64,000 nucleotides of DNA. Origin: Chloroflexota bacterium (GTDB taxonomy: Bacteria > Chloroflexota > UBA11872 > VXOZ01). The notes beneath the pieces were generated by a model. That model did no database searches. It saw only the letters and a list, made by a program, of their open reading frames with translations, and was not told the DNA's origin. Shown piece by piece: positions 49,920 through 58,627 of the stretch. Every line of letters begins with the position of its first letter. Position 1 is the first letter of the stretch. Where the stretch lies: NCBI GenBank assembly GCA_963662335.2, contig CAXXVD010000001.1, positions 160,001-224,000 of the forward strand. Reading direction: 5' to 3'. A program made the translations under genes and the position numbers.

Positions 49920-51101
49920 ATGGCAACGTTCGACGTGGTGCTCAAGGGTGGGCGTGTGCTCGACCCGGCCCAGGGCATAGACGCCCCGCTGGACGTGGGC
50001 GTAAAGCACGGCCGGATCACCGCTTTGGAGCAAGGCCTGCCGGCGGACGACGCGTGGCTCGCGCTCGACGTCGCCGATCACTTCGTCACCCCCGGCCTCA
50101 TCGACATCCACACGCACCTCTATTGGGGCGGCGCCGATCTCGGCGTGCTGCCGGACGCCACCTGTCTGCCCAGCGGCGTGACCACGGCGGTGGATGCCGG
50201 CAGCGCGGGTTGGGCGAATTTCACCGGCCTGCGCCACTTCATCATCGGCCAGGCGCGCACGCGGGTCTTCGCCTTCGTCAATATCTCCAGCATCGGCATT
50301 ACCGACATGCGCGTGGGCGAGAGTCTCAACCTGGCCTACTGCGGCGTGGAAGACGCGATCAAGGCGATCGAGGCAAACCGCGGCGTGGCGCTGGGCGTGA
50401 AAGTGCGCGTGGCGGAAAAGATCACCGGCCCCAACGGTCTGGAACCCTTGCGCCGCGCGGCGGAGGCGCGCGACGCCACGCATACGCGCATGATGGTGCA
50501 CATCTCCGACTGCGAACAGCCGGTGCAGGAAATCCTGGAACACCTGAAGCCAGGCGACATCATCACCCACTGCTTCACGGGACGCGGCCGGCTCATCCTC
50601 AACCAGCAAACGGGCGCGGTGCTGCCGGAGGTGCGCGCGGCGCAGCAAAGCGGCATCGCCTTCGACGTGGGCCACGGGCAGGGCAGCTTTTCCTTTGCGG
50701 TGGCGCGGGCGGCGTTGGACGACGGCTTCCTGCCGGATACGATCAGCACCGACCTGCACGCCTATTCGTCCCACTTCACCGCGCGCAGCCTGCCCGACGT
50801 GATGTCCAAGTTCCTCTTCCTGGGCCGGGACGTGCCCGACGTGGTGGCGCGGACAACCCAGAACGCCGCGGCCGCCATTGGCCGGGCGGACACGCTGGGC
50901 CATCTGCGCGTGGGCGGCGTTGCCGACGTGGCGGCCCTGCGTCTGGAATCCGGGCCGTATCACATGCGAGACGCCGAGGACGAAGAAATCACCGGCGACC
51001 GGCGCCTCGCGGCCACCTACACCGTCCGCGCCGGTGACGTGTACAACCAAGCGGGCCGGCCGGTACGCCGCTGGTACGGGCCGCGCCCTGAGGAGGCATG
51101 A
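49920..51101 (+). CDS. Amidohydrolase/deacetylase family metallohydrolase (dihydroorotase-like)
   Basis: 'PGLIDIHTH', 'VDAGSAG', 'GDIITHCF', 'DVGHGQGSF', 'TISTDLH'. Confidence 0.9.
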   Translation: MATFDVVLKGGRVLDPAQGIDAPLDVGVKHGRITALEQGLPADDAWLALDVADHFVTPGLIDIHTHLYWGGADLGVLPDATCLPSGVTTAVDAGSAGWANFTGLRHFIIGQARTRVFAFVNISSIGITDMRVGESLNLAYCGVEDAIKAIEANRGVALGVKVRVAEKITGPNGLEPLRRAAEARDATHTRMMVHISDCEQPVQEILEHLKPGDIITHCFTGRGRLILNQQTGAVLPEVRAAQQSGIAFDVGHGQGSFSFAVARAALDDGFLPDTISTDLHAYSSHFTARSLPDVMSKFLFLGRDVPDVVARTTQNAAAAIGRADTLGHLRVGGVADVAALRLESGPYHMRDAEDEEITGDRRLAATYTVRAGDVYNQAGRPVRRWYGPRPEEA

Positions 51102-51102
51102 A

Positions 51103-52161
51103 ATGAATGCTATGCGATTGCCGGGAAGACTCTCCACGACTCTCCGCCACTCCGGCGCAAGCCGGAGTCCAGAGGGCGCCGGCAAGCTGGATTCCGGCTT
51201 GCGCCGGAATGACTATGCCGAGATTTCCGCTTTCGCCGGCAGACGCCGGCTTTGCAAGACTATCTCTCGGCTCCCCTGGTTTGCCGGTCTCGCAATACTC
51301 GCGCTGGCGTTGCTGCTGGGCGCATGCGCCACTGACGCGGGAAGTGAGCCGTTGCAGTCCGACGAAATGAGCGCCGCTGCGTCGGCAACCCCGGCGCAAA
51401 CCGAGCAGGCCGCGCCGGCTGCGGCCGACGCCGCCGCAGACACTGGCTCGACCGCGTCTACGGCGGCCACGTCGTTGACCGGCGCGCCGGCAGCGCGCAT
51501 TACAGACATCCGGTTTGGGAAACATGACGACTTCGAGCGCCTGGTGATCGACTTCGCCACGGACGAAGAGTCCGCACGCGCGGTACCGCATTGGCGGATC
51601 GAGAAGGCGGCAGGGGAGGGAGTAGTGCGGATTCATCTCCCCACCACGACAGAGACCGCGTTCACCGATGCGCAACTGGCAGACAAGTTCACGTGGTTCA
51701 CCCATGTTTACGTCGTCCGCGCGCCGGACCGCAGTCTGTTCGTGGACGTATTCATACCCGGCGCCTACCAGTTGCGCGTGCAGGAGTTGCGCAACCCGCT
51801 GCGGTTGGCAATCGACGTGGCGCCCGGCGGCACGGAAACCTACGTGCTCCCGGCCACCACCGAGCACACGGCGCTCATCGCGCCGCGACCCGGCGCAACC
51901 ATCCACGGCACGTTGACGGTGAGCGGCTACTCGCGGCACTTCGAGGGCAACAACGTCATCATACTGCAGGATAGCGAGGGCAATGAGTTAGCCCGCGCCG
52001 TCACCACGGCCACCGACTACATCGAGACGTGGGGCTTTTTCGCTACCCAGCTTACGGTTCCGGCGGCTACGGGCAGCGGGATGTTGCTCGTCGGTGACTT
52101 CGACGCTAAAGATGGGGAGTTCGAAGGCGTGACCATACCGGTGCAGTTTGGCGGTCCATAG
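51103..52161 (+). CDS. Lipoprotein with AMIN-like and Gmad2-like immunoglobulin domains
   Basis: Lipobox 'LLGAC'; 'DIRFGKHDDFERLVIDF...NPLRLAIDV'; 'VSGYSRHFEGN...WGFF'. Confidence 0.7.
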   Translation: MNAMRLPGRLSTTLRHSGASRSPEGAGKLDSGLRRNDYAEISAFAGRRRLCKTISRLPWFAGLAILALALLLGACATDAGSEPLQSDEMSAAASATPAQTEQAAPAAADAAADTGSTASTAATSLTGAPAARITDIRFGKHDDFERLVIDFATDEESARAVPHWRIEKAAGEGVVRIHLPTTTETAFTDAQLADKFTWFTHVYVVRAPDRSLFVDVFIPGAYQLRVQELRNPLRLAIDVAPGGTETYVLPATTEHTALIAPRPGATIHGTLTVSGYSRHFEGNNVIILQDSEGNELARAVTTATDYIETWGFFATQLTVPAATGSGMLLVGDFDAKDGEFEGVTIPVQFGGP

Positions 52162-52200
52162 CCGCGAGCGGCCGCTTGAGTAGACCATTGTTGCACGGGT

Positions 52201-52580
52201 ATGACCGTAGCGCGGGGGCTTGTCCCCCGCTCCGCGTCGCATGGATCCCGGCCTGCGTCGGCTTGACGGTGCTGTCAGCGGAATCGACGGTATTATCGGC
52301 GGGCATGACCGTAGCGCGGGGGCTTGTCCCCCGCTCCGCGTCGCATGGATCCCGGCCTGCGTCGGCTTGACGGTGGTATTAGCGGAATTGACGGTAATAC
52401 CGGCGGGTATAACCGTAGCGCGGGGGCTTGTCCCCCGCTCCGGGTCGCATGGATCCCAGCCTGCGCCGGAATGACGGTGGTATTAGCGGAATTGACGGTA
52501 ATACCGGCGGGCATGACCGTAGCGCGGGGGCTTGTCCCCCGCTCCGGGCCGCATGGATCCCGGCTTGCGCCGGAATGACG
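52201..52580. repeat. Tandem array of 104 bp units (BIME-like), 3 full plus 1 partial
   Basis: Units start at 52201, 52305, 52409 and 52513; each has GTAGCGCGGGGGCTTGTCCCCCGC plus TGGATCCCGGC.TGCG.CGG..TGAC. Confidence 0.9.
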
Positions 52581-52663
52581 GAAACGCTTGCGGCAACAGC
52601 GGCGGCGGTGCTGTCCGTTCTAACCGGGCGCGTTCAGGATACGTCACACATGAGAGAGGCACC

Positions 52664-53440
52664 ATGAGCGAACATCACTGGTTCGACGACTTGCAGGATG
52701 AGGAGTTTCTAAGCTGGGCGTCCACGTTCGAGGAAGTACAAGAGAGCGGCTGCGACACGGCGCTCTTCTGCATCGGCGCCATCGAGCAGCACTCGTACCA
52801 CATGCCGCTCGGCACCGACTGGCTGCTGGGCCTTGCCGGCAGCCGCCTGCTGGCGCGTGAGTTGGCAAAGCGCGGGCTGATCGTCTACCTCCTGCCGCCG
52901 ATTCCCATCGGCACCTCCAGCGAGTTCCTCAACTACATGGGCACGCTCAGCTTCAAGCCCGCCACCGTAGCCGCCATCCTGGAAGACATCGCGGCCTGCC
53001 TCAAGCGCCAGGGGTTCAAGCGCATGATCGTCACCAGTTCCCACGGCGGCAACTGGATTCTCAAGCCTACCATCCGCGAACTCAATATGTGGGACCCGGA
53101 CTTCCTGGTGATGTGGGGCGCGCCCGTGGGCGCGGGCGGCTCGGGCCCAGGCAAGGACCGGCACTCCGGCGAGAGCGAGACCTCGCGCCTCATGTACGCC
53201 TATCCCGAACTGATGCGCACCGAGAAGGTGGTGGACTCTTCCCCCGATCTGGGCTCCGAGTTCGTGGACATGATCCCCACGGAATACTATACGCCGAGCG
53301 GCGTGTGGGGCTTTCCCACCAAGGCGGACCGTGACGCCGGCGAAGAGCGCACAAAGCAGGGCGTGGAACGCCAGGCCGGCTACATCATGGAGACCATCGA
53401 GAAGCTGGACGACATGCGGCGCGAGCGCGAGCAGGAGTAG
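52664..53440 (+). CDS. Creatininase family amidohydrolase
   Basis: 'GAIEQHSYHMPLGTD', 'GTLS', 'SHGGN', 'HSGESETS', 'SGVWG'. Confidence 0.9.
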   Translation: MSEHHWFDDLQDEEFLSWASTFEEVQESGCDTALFCIGAIEQHSYHMPLGTDWLLGLAGSRLLARELAKRGLIVYLLPPIPIGTSSEFLNYMGTLSFKPATVAAILEDIAACLKRQGFKRMIVTSSHGGNWILKPTIRELNMWDPDFLVMWGAPVGAGGSGPGKDRHSGESETSRLMYAYPELMRTEKVVDSSPDLGSEFVDMIPTEYYTPSGVWGFPTKADRDAGEERTKQGVERQAGYIMETIEKLDDMRREREQE

Positions 53441-53473
53441 CCGCCAGGCTTGCGCCGACCCGCGGTTAGCAAG

Positions 53474-53503
53474 TTGACAACCAGGCATACTTTGCGCTAT
53501 ACT
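53474..53503 (+). promoter_or_regulatory. Sigma70-type promoter
   Basis: TTGACA-N18-TATACT, 40 bp upstream of the uridylyltransferase start. Confidence 0.65.
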
Positions 53504-53543
53504 ACATTGGCAGCGTATCTCCTCTCACGGAGCACCCTCTCCC

Positions 53544-54434
53544 ATGGCGCAGCCCTCCCATGTTTCCAAGGCCGTCATTCTCGTTGCCGGTCTCGGCACC
53601 CGCTTGCTCCCGGCCACCAAGTCCCAGCCCAAGGAGATGCTGCCCGTCGGCCGCAAGCCGGTGGTGCAGTACGTCGCGGAGGAAATGGAACAAGCCGGCA
53701 TCAACCAGATTCTCTTCGTTACCGGCCGCAAGAAGAGTTCCATCGAAGACCACTTCGACCGTGATCCCGATCTGGAAGAGCGCTTGGCGGACGGCGACGA
53801 TTTGTCGCTGGGGGAGAAACTGCCAAACTTCGATACCGTGCTCCACGTTTTCTACACGCGCCAGAGCGTGCAAGCCGGACAGGCCGACGCCGTGCGCCTC
53901 GCCCGCGAGTTCGTGGGGGACGATCCTTTCGTGGTGGCCTTTGGCGATACCATCATCAAAGGCGGCAATCTGCTCAAGCGCATGATCGACAGCCACGCGC
54001 AGAGTGGCGCGGCGTGCACGGTAGCCGTGGAACAGGTGCCGCCGGAAGATGCCCATCGCTACGGCGTCGTGATGCCCAAAGACGGTCTTGAAAGCGAATT
54101 CCCTATCCAGGGCATTGTAGAAAAACCGCCGCGCGGCGCCGAGCCAAGCAACTTCGCCGTGGTGCCGCGCTACGTGATGAACCGCGAGATCTTCGAGGCG
54201 ATCCGGCTCACCTTGCCCGGCAAGGGCAACGAACTCTGGCTGGCCGACTCCATCGAAGTGCTCATCAAACAGCAGCAACCGGTGCAGTGCGTTGCCCTGG
54301 CCCCGGACGAGACGCGCTACGACATCGGCAACTTCGAGACGTACTTCAAGGCGTTCATCGACTTCGCGCTCTCTGACGAAAAGTACGGCTACCTGGTGCG
54401 CCAACACCTGCGGCGCAAGGCGGCAGCGCTTTAG
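53544..54434 (+). CDS. galU: UTP--glucose-1-phosphate uridylyltransferase-like nucleotidyltransferase
   Basis: 'AGLGTRLLPATKSQPKEMLP', 'IEDHFD', 'IVEKP', 'RYDIG'. Confidence 0.82.
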   Translation: MAQPSHVSKAVILVAGLGTRLLPATKSQPKEMLPVGRKPVVQYVAEEMEQAGINQILFVTGRKKSSIEDHFDRDPDLEERLADGDDLSLGEKLPNFDTVLHVFYTRQSVQAGQADAVRLAREFVGDDPFVVAFGDTIIKGGNLLKRMIDSHAQSGAACTVAVEQVPPEDAHRYGVVMPKDGLESEFPIQGIVEKPPRGAEPSNFAVVPRYVMNREIFEAIRLTLPGKGNELWLADSIEVLIKQQQPVQCVALAPDETRYDIGNFETYFKAFIDFALSDEKYGYLVRQHLRRKAAAL

Positions 54435-54570
54435 TTGCGATAGGAACCCCTTGCGCCAAGCGGTCAAGCGGGCACAATAAATCCCCCTCTCCCCCAGGGA
54501 GAGGGGAGAAAGCAGACTGGTCTCAATGGCCGTCTGCCGGCCGCTTACAAAAGTGAACACTGGCGTCCTG

Positions 54571-54646
54571 TTCGTCATTCCCGCGCACGCGGGAATCCAC
54601 CGACTGCGCGGCAAAGATGGATTCCCGCGTGCGCGGGAATGACGAA
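54571..54646. repeat. Palindromic element TTCGTCATTCCCGCGCACGCGGGAATCCA...TGGATTCCCGCGTGCGCGGGAATGACGAA
   Basis: Perfect ~29 bp inverted arms. Confidence 0.85.
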
Positions 54647-54675
54647 GGCCGCGGCGCTATTGGCAAGGTAAGGCG

Positions 54676-55746
54676 ATGAGTTCGGCGATGGCAGAACCAG
54701 ACACCGCACCGGCGACCAAAGTCGCTTCCGCGCCGGGCCGTTGCGGCATCATCGGCAACCCGACCGACATGTACGGCGGCAGCGTGCTCTCGTGCACCAT
54801 CCCCCAGCGCGGCTACGTTTCCATTCGCCCCGCGGACCGGCTTATCCTCGAATCCGATCAAGGCACGCTCACCGTCCGCGCCCGCGACGACTTGCGCCAG
54901 CGCGGCGACCACTTCGACGTGCTCCGCGCCGTCATTTCCCAGCAGCAGTGCCTGGGCATGAAGGCGCACTTTACGTGCTGGAGCGACGTGCCGGTCGGCT
55001 CCGGCCTCTCAAGCTCTTCTTCATTGGTAGTTGCCGCCCTCTATGCCCTCACCCACTATCAGGGACGCGCCCTGGGCAAGTACTACTTCGCGGAGACGGC
55101 CCGCGCCATCGAACTCAACGACATGGGCGTTGTCTGCGGCTACCAGGACTTCTATATGCCCACGTTTGGCGGCCTCAACTACCTGGACTTCCGCGACAAG
55201 GAGTTTTACCGCGAGGTGCACAGCGAACCGTACGCCACTGTTGAGCCGCTCACCGCTCTGGCGCCGGATTTGCCGTTCGTGTTGGCGCATACCGGCGTCG
55301 AACACCGCGCGGGCGTCGTCCACAAGCCGATCCGCGAACGCTGGCTGGAAGGCGAGCGCGTGGTGGTGCAAGCATACGAAAACATCGCGCGCCTGGCGCG
55401 GGAGGGCAAGAAATCTCTACTGGAGCAAGACTGGACGCGCCTGGGCAAACTGATGAATGAGAATCACGCCATCCAGCGAGATCTCGGTGGCTCCGGCGCG
55501 GCTAACGAGCGCCTCATTCAAGCCGCCCTGGACAACGGCGCGCTGGGTGCAAAACTGGCCGGCGCCGGTGACGGCGGCACCATTATCGCGCTGCACCCGG
55601 AACCGGAACATCTCGGCAACTTGCTCAGTGAAGCCGGCGCCGCGCGCATCCTGCGCCTACAGCCCGTAGAAGGCGTCCGCCTCGAAGTCGTTGCGCAAGG
55701 TGACGAATCCCATGCCATCGGTTCGATTAGGGAGCGCGCCAAATAG
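54676..55746 (+). CDS. GHMP-family sugar kinase (glucuronokinase-like)
   Basis: 'APGRCGIIGNPTDMYGG', ATP loop 'PVGSGLSSS', 'GYQD', 'GAKLAGAGDGG'. Confidence 0.85.
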   Translation: MSSAMAEPDTAPATKVASAPGRCGIIGNPTDMYGGSVLSCTIPQRGYVSIRPADRLILESDQGTLTVRARDDLRQRGDHFDVLRAVISQQQCLGMKAHFTCWSDVPVGSGLSSSSSLVVAALYALTHYQGRALGKYYFAETARAIELNDMGVVCGYQDFYMPTFGGLNYLDFRDKEFYREVHSEPYATVEPLTALAPDLPFVLAHTGVEHRAGVVHKPIRERWLEGERVVVQAYENIARLAREGKKSLLEQDWTRLGKLMNENHAIQRDLGGSGAANERLIQAALDNGALGAKLAGAGDGGTIIALHPEPEHLGNLLSEAGAARILRLQPVEGVRLEVVAQGDESHAIGSIRERAK

Positions 55747-55798
55747 AGACGGTCTTTAACGGCCTATGTCTGGCCGGCGGGGCTGAAAGGAGATTGCA

Positions 55799-56188
55799 AT
55801 GGCTACCAAGAGTGCGTTCATCAGCTTCGACTACGACCATGATAACGACCTACGGTGCAACCTCGTAGCGCAGGCCAAGAAACCTGATTCGCCATTCAGC
55901 ATCACGGACTGGTCTGTGAAGGAACCATTTGACGAAAAGTGGCGGGAGAAGGTGCGAGACATCATTGAGAGAACTGACCTTACCATTGTAATCTGTGGGG
56001 AGCATACGCACCAAGCCAAGGGCGTGGAAGCGGAAGTGACGATGGCGCAGCAGGCAGGAAAACCGTACTTCTTGCTTAAAGGCCGCAGGAACAAGACATG
56101 CGCGCGCCCAAAGTCAGCCCCTAAAAAGATGAAAATCCACCCCTGGACATGGCCCACCTTGAAAGAGCTTATTGCTAATCCGAAGTAG
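55799..56188 (+). CDS. TIR domain protein, ThsB/MTH538 (DUF1863)-like
   Basis: 'AFISFDYDHD', 'DWSVKEP', 'IVICGEHT', 'GVEAEV' (catalytic-Glu position), 'KPYFLL'; AAAGGAG RBS. Confidence 0.85.
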   Translation: MATKSAFISFDYDHDNDLRCNLVAQAKKPDSPFSITDWSVKEPFDEKWREKVRDIIERTDLTIVICGEHTHQAKGVEAEVTMAQQAGKPYFLLKGRRNKTCARPKSAPKKMKIHPWTWPTLKELIANPK

Positions 56189-56191
56189 GTT

Positions 56192-56704
56192 ATGGATAAG
56201 CAAGCGCGAGAATCCGTAGTGCACCAGTGTGAGGAAACCTACGGCGGTTCTTTCCATGTGGATCTTCTTGATCAGTACAAAGTCTACGTACAGTCCGCCG
56301 AGCAAGTCAGCGCCCGTCGTGTCGCGGCAAACCGCTTTATGCTAACCATCAACGCCGCGCTGGTTGCGCTGTACGGGCTACAATCCGCCAGTTTTGGCCA
56401 GGGCTACTGGACGCTGCTCATTCCGGTTATAGGGATCCCTGTATCTGTGCTGTGGTACCTGATCATCAAGTCACACGCTGATCTGAATCGCATCAAGTTT
56501 GATGTGATTCACGAACTTGAGCAACATTTGCCAGCAGCGATGTACAGGTATGAGTGGACGATGGCTGAAGAAGGGCAGGGCAAGACCTACCGCGCGGTGA
56601 CCAACCTAGAACGATGCGTACCTATCCTGTTTGCCGTACTGCATATTGCCCTAGGAGTTGTAATGGTCCTGGCAATCGTCGGCGTAATGAATTGGACAGA
56701 ATAA
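56192..56704 (+). CDS. Small 3-TM membrane protein (resembles RipA/8xMP-type oligomeric membrane proteins), putative TIR-linked effector
   Basis: 'LLDQYKVYVQSAEQVSARR..ANRFMLTIN', TM 'LLIPVIGIPVSVLWYLII', 'LNRIKFDVIHELEQHLP...YEW', C-terminal TM; 3 nt after the TIR stop. Confidence 0.7.
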   Translation: MDKQARESVVHQCEETYGGSFHVDLLDQYKVYVQSAEQVSARRVAANRFMLTINAALVALYGLQSASFGQGYWTLLIPVIGIPVSVLWYLIIKSHADLNRIKFDVIHELEQHLPAAMYRYEWTMAEEGQGKTYRAVTNLERCVPILFAVLHIALGVVMVLAIVGVMNWTE

Positions 56705-56724
56705 CCACCGCATTAGGAAAATAG

Positions 56725-56976
<252 letters not shown>

Positions 56977-56985
56977 ACATTCACT

Positions 56986-57123
56986 ATGCGATTCAAGCTA
57001 GACGAAAACCTGCCGCTCCAGCTAGAGCGTCTGTTTACGGAAGCCGGCCACGATGCGGTCACAGTCCTCGACGAGGGGCTTGGCGGCGCGGCAGGAAAGC
57101 GCAAGACCCGTCTATTCACATAG
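56986..57123 (+). pseudogene. Truncated DUF5615 PIN-like toxin
   Basis: Translates MRFKLDENLP...AGHDAVTVLDEGLGGAA, then runs into the rpoD terminator and stops at 45 aa; lacks the 'LVTLD.DF' part. Confidence 0.75.
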
Positions 57124-57130
57124 ACGGGTC
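57105..57130 (-). terminator. Hairpin, probable rpoD terminator
   Basis: GACCCGTCTA-TTCACA-TAGACGGGTC, a 10 bp perfect stem downstream of rpoD. Confidence 0.6.
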
Positions 57131-57246
57131 ATCCGGTTCTAAGATTAGCTCTGTTGCCGACCCGCGCTGAGTTCTGGCGAGAGCCGGAATTTCGGCAATC
57201 TCAGCCACTAGCAGCAACCGACTGCTGACAGCTTAGCTGGAGGTCT

Positions 57247-58551
57247 TTACAGGTCCAGGTAATCCTTCAGCTTCTGGCTCCGCGCCGGGTGGCGCAGTTT
57301 GCGCAGGGCTTTCGCCTCGATCTGGCGGATGCGCTCGCGGGTAACGCTGAACTCGCGGCCAACCTCTTCCAGGGTGCGGGTGCGGCCGTCCTCCAGCCCG
57401 AAGCGCAGGCGCAGCACCTTGCGCTCCCGGTCGGAGAGCGAGTTGAGCACCGCTTCCACCTGTTCCCGCAGCATTTGGTAGGAGGCCGCGTCTGCCGGCG
57501 ACATGGTGGACTCGTCCGGGATGAACTCGCCCAAGTGGCTGTCTTCCTCTTCGCCAATGGGCGTCTCCAGGCTCACCGGCTCCTGCGAGACCTTGATGAT
57601 TTCGCGCACCTTGAACTCCGGGATGTCCATCTCGGTCCCGATTTCCTCGGAGGTCGGCTCGCGGCCCTTCTCCTGCACGAGTCGCCGCGAGATGCGCACC
57701 AGCTTGTTGATCGTCTCCACCATGTGCACGGGAATGCGGATCGTGCGCGCCTGGTCGGCAATGGAGCGCGTGATCGCCTGCCGGATCCACCAGGTGGCGT
57801 AGGTGCTGAACTTGAAGCCCTTGCCGTAGTCGAATTTCTCAACCGCGCGGATGAGGCCGATGTTGCCCTCTTGAATGAGGTCCAGCAGCGACATGCCGCG
57901 TCCCACGTACTTCTTGGCCATGCTCACCACCAGGCGCAGGTTCGCCTCGGTCAGGCGCTTGCGCGCCTCGATGCCGATCTTGATCGTGCGTTCCAGCCGC
58001 CGGATGTCGTCCAGGCTCATGCCCTCGCGGTTCTCAAGCTCTTCCTCGGCAAAGAGCCTCTTCTCCATCTGCTTGGCGAGCATGACCTCCTGCGCGGCGG
58101 TAAGCAGCGGCACGCGCCCAATCTCGCGCAAGTAGGTGCGCACCGGGTCGTCCAACGTGCCCGTGTCCTCTTCTCCACCCTTCGCGGCCTTCAGCGCGGC
58201 CCGCTCCAGCGCCACCATTTCGGGAACGCTCGGCGTGGCGCGATCTTCCTCATCTTCTTCCTCGCTGTCAACCTCATTGGCCGGCAGGACGTTGAGCCCG
58301 AGATCGGCAAACACCGAGAAGAGTTCCTCGGCTTCGTCGCTGCCCGCCTCGATGTCCGGAAAGGCCTCCAGCAACTCCTCCTGCGTCAGGTGGCCGCGCC
58401 GCTTGCCGCGGTTTACCAGCTTGCGAATGTCCTCTTCGGTAATCTCAAGCTCCGGCGCTTCGGCCTCGGCAGCCGTTGCCGCCCCGGCCTGAGGCGCTTT
58501 CTTTTCCGCGGCGGTCTGGACGGCGGTGGTAGTCTTCTGCGCAGCCATCAC
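57247..58551 (-). CDS. rpoD: Primary RNA polymerase sigma factor
   Basis: '[12 protein letters not shown]', 'ANLRLVVS', '[10 protein letters not shown]', '[14 protein letters not shown]', '[19 protein letters not shown]'. Confidence 0.97.
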   Translation of the reverse strand: MMAAQKTTTAVQTAAEKKAPQAGAATAAEAEAPELEITEEDIRKLVNRGKRRGHLTQEELLEAFPDIEAGSDEAEELFSVFADLGLNVLPANEVDSEEEDEEDRATPSVPEMVALERAALKAAKGGEEDTGTLDDPVRTYLREIGRVPLLTAAQEVMLAKQMEKRLFAEEELENREGMSLDDIRRLERTIKIGIEARKRLTEANLRLVVSMAKKYVGRGMSLLDLIQEGNIGLIRAVEKFDYGKGFKFSTYATWWIRQAITRSIADQARTIRIPVHMVETINKLVRISRRLVQEKGREPTSEEIGTEMDIPEFKVREIIKVSQEPVSLETPIGEEEDSHLGEFIPDESTMSPADAASYQMLREQVEAVLNSLSDRERKVLRLRFGLEDGRTRTLEEVGREFSVTRERIRQIEAKALRKLRHPARSQKLKDYLDL

Positions 58552-58627
58552 TCCTCCTTCACAGGTTTACCCGTGCACTCTGTGCTGGCGCCATACTGCC
58601 TATTCATCATCTTGCCGCAGCTCACAG

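Noticed and set aside
52201-52580. CRISPR array
   Set aside because: Intervening sequences are near-identical rather than unique spacers, the period is 104 bp, the repeat is a dispersed REP, and there are no cas genes.
55799-56704. Canonical type I/II Thoeris or CBASS
   Set aside because: No SIR2-SLOG or TM-Macro ThsA and no CD-NTase in the window; kept instead as an atypical candidate.
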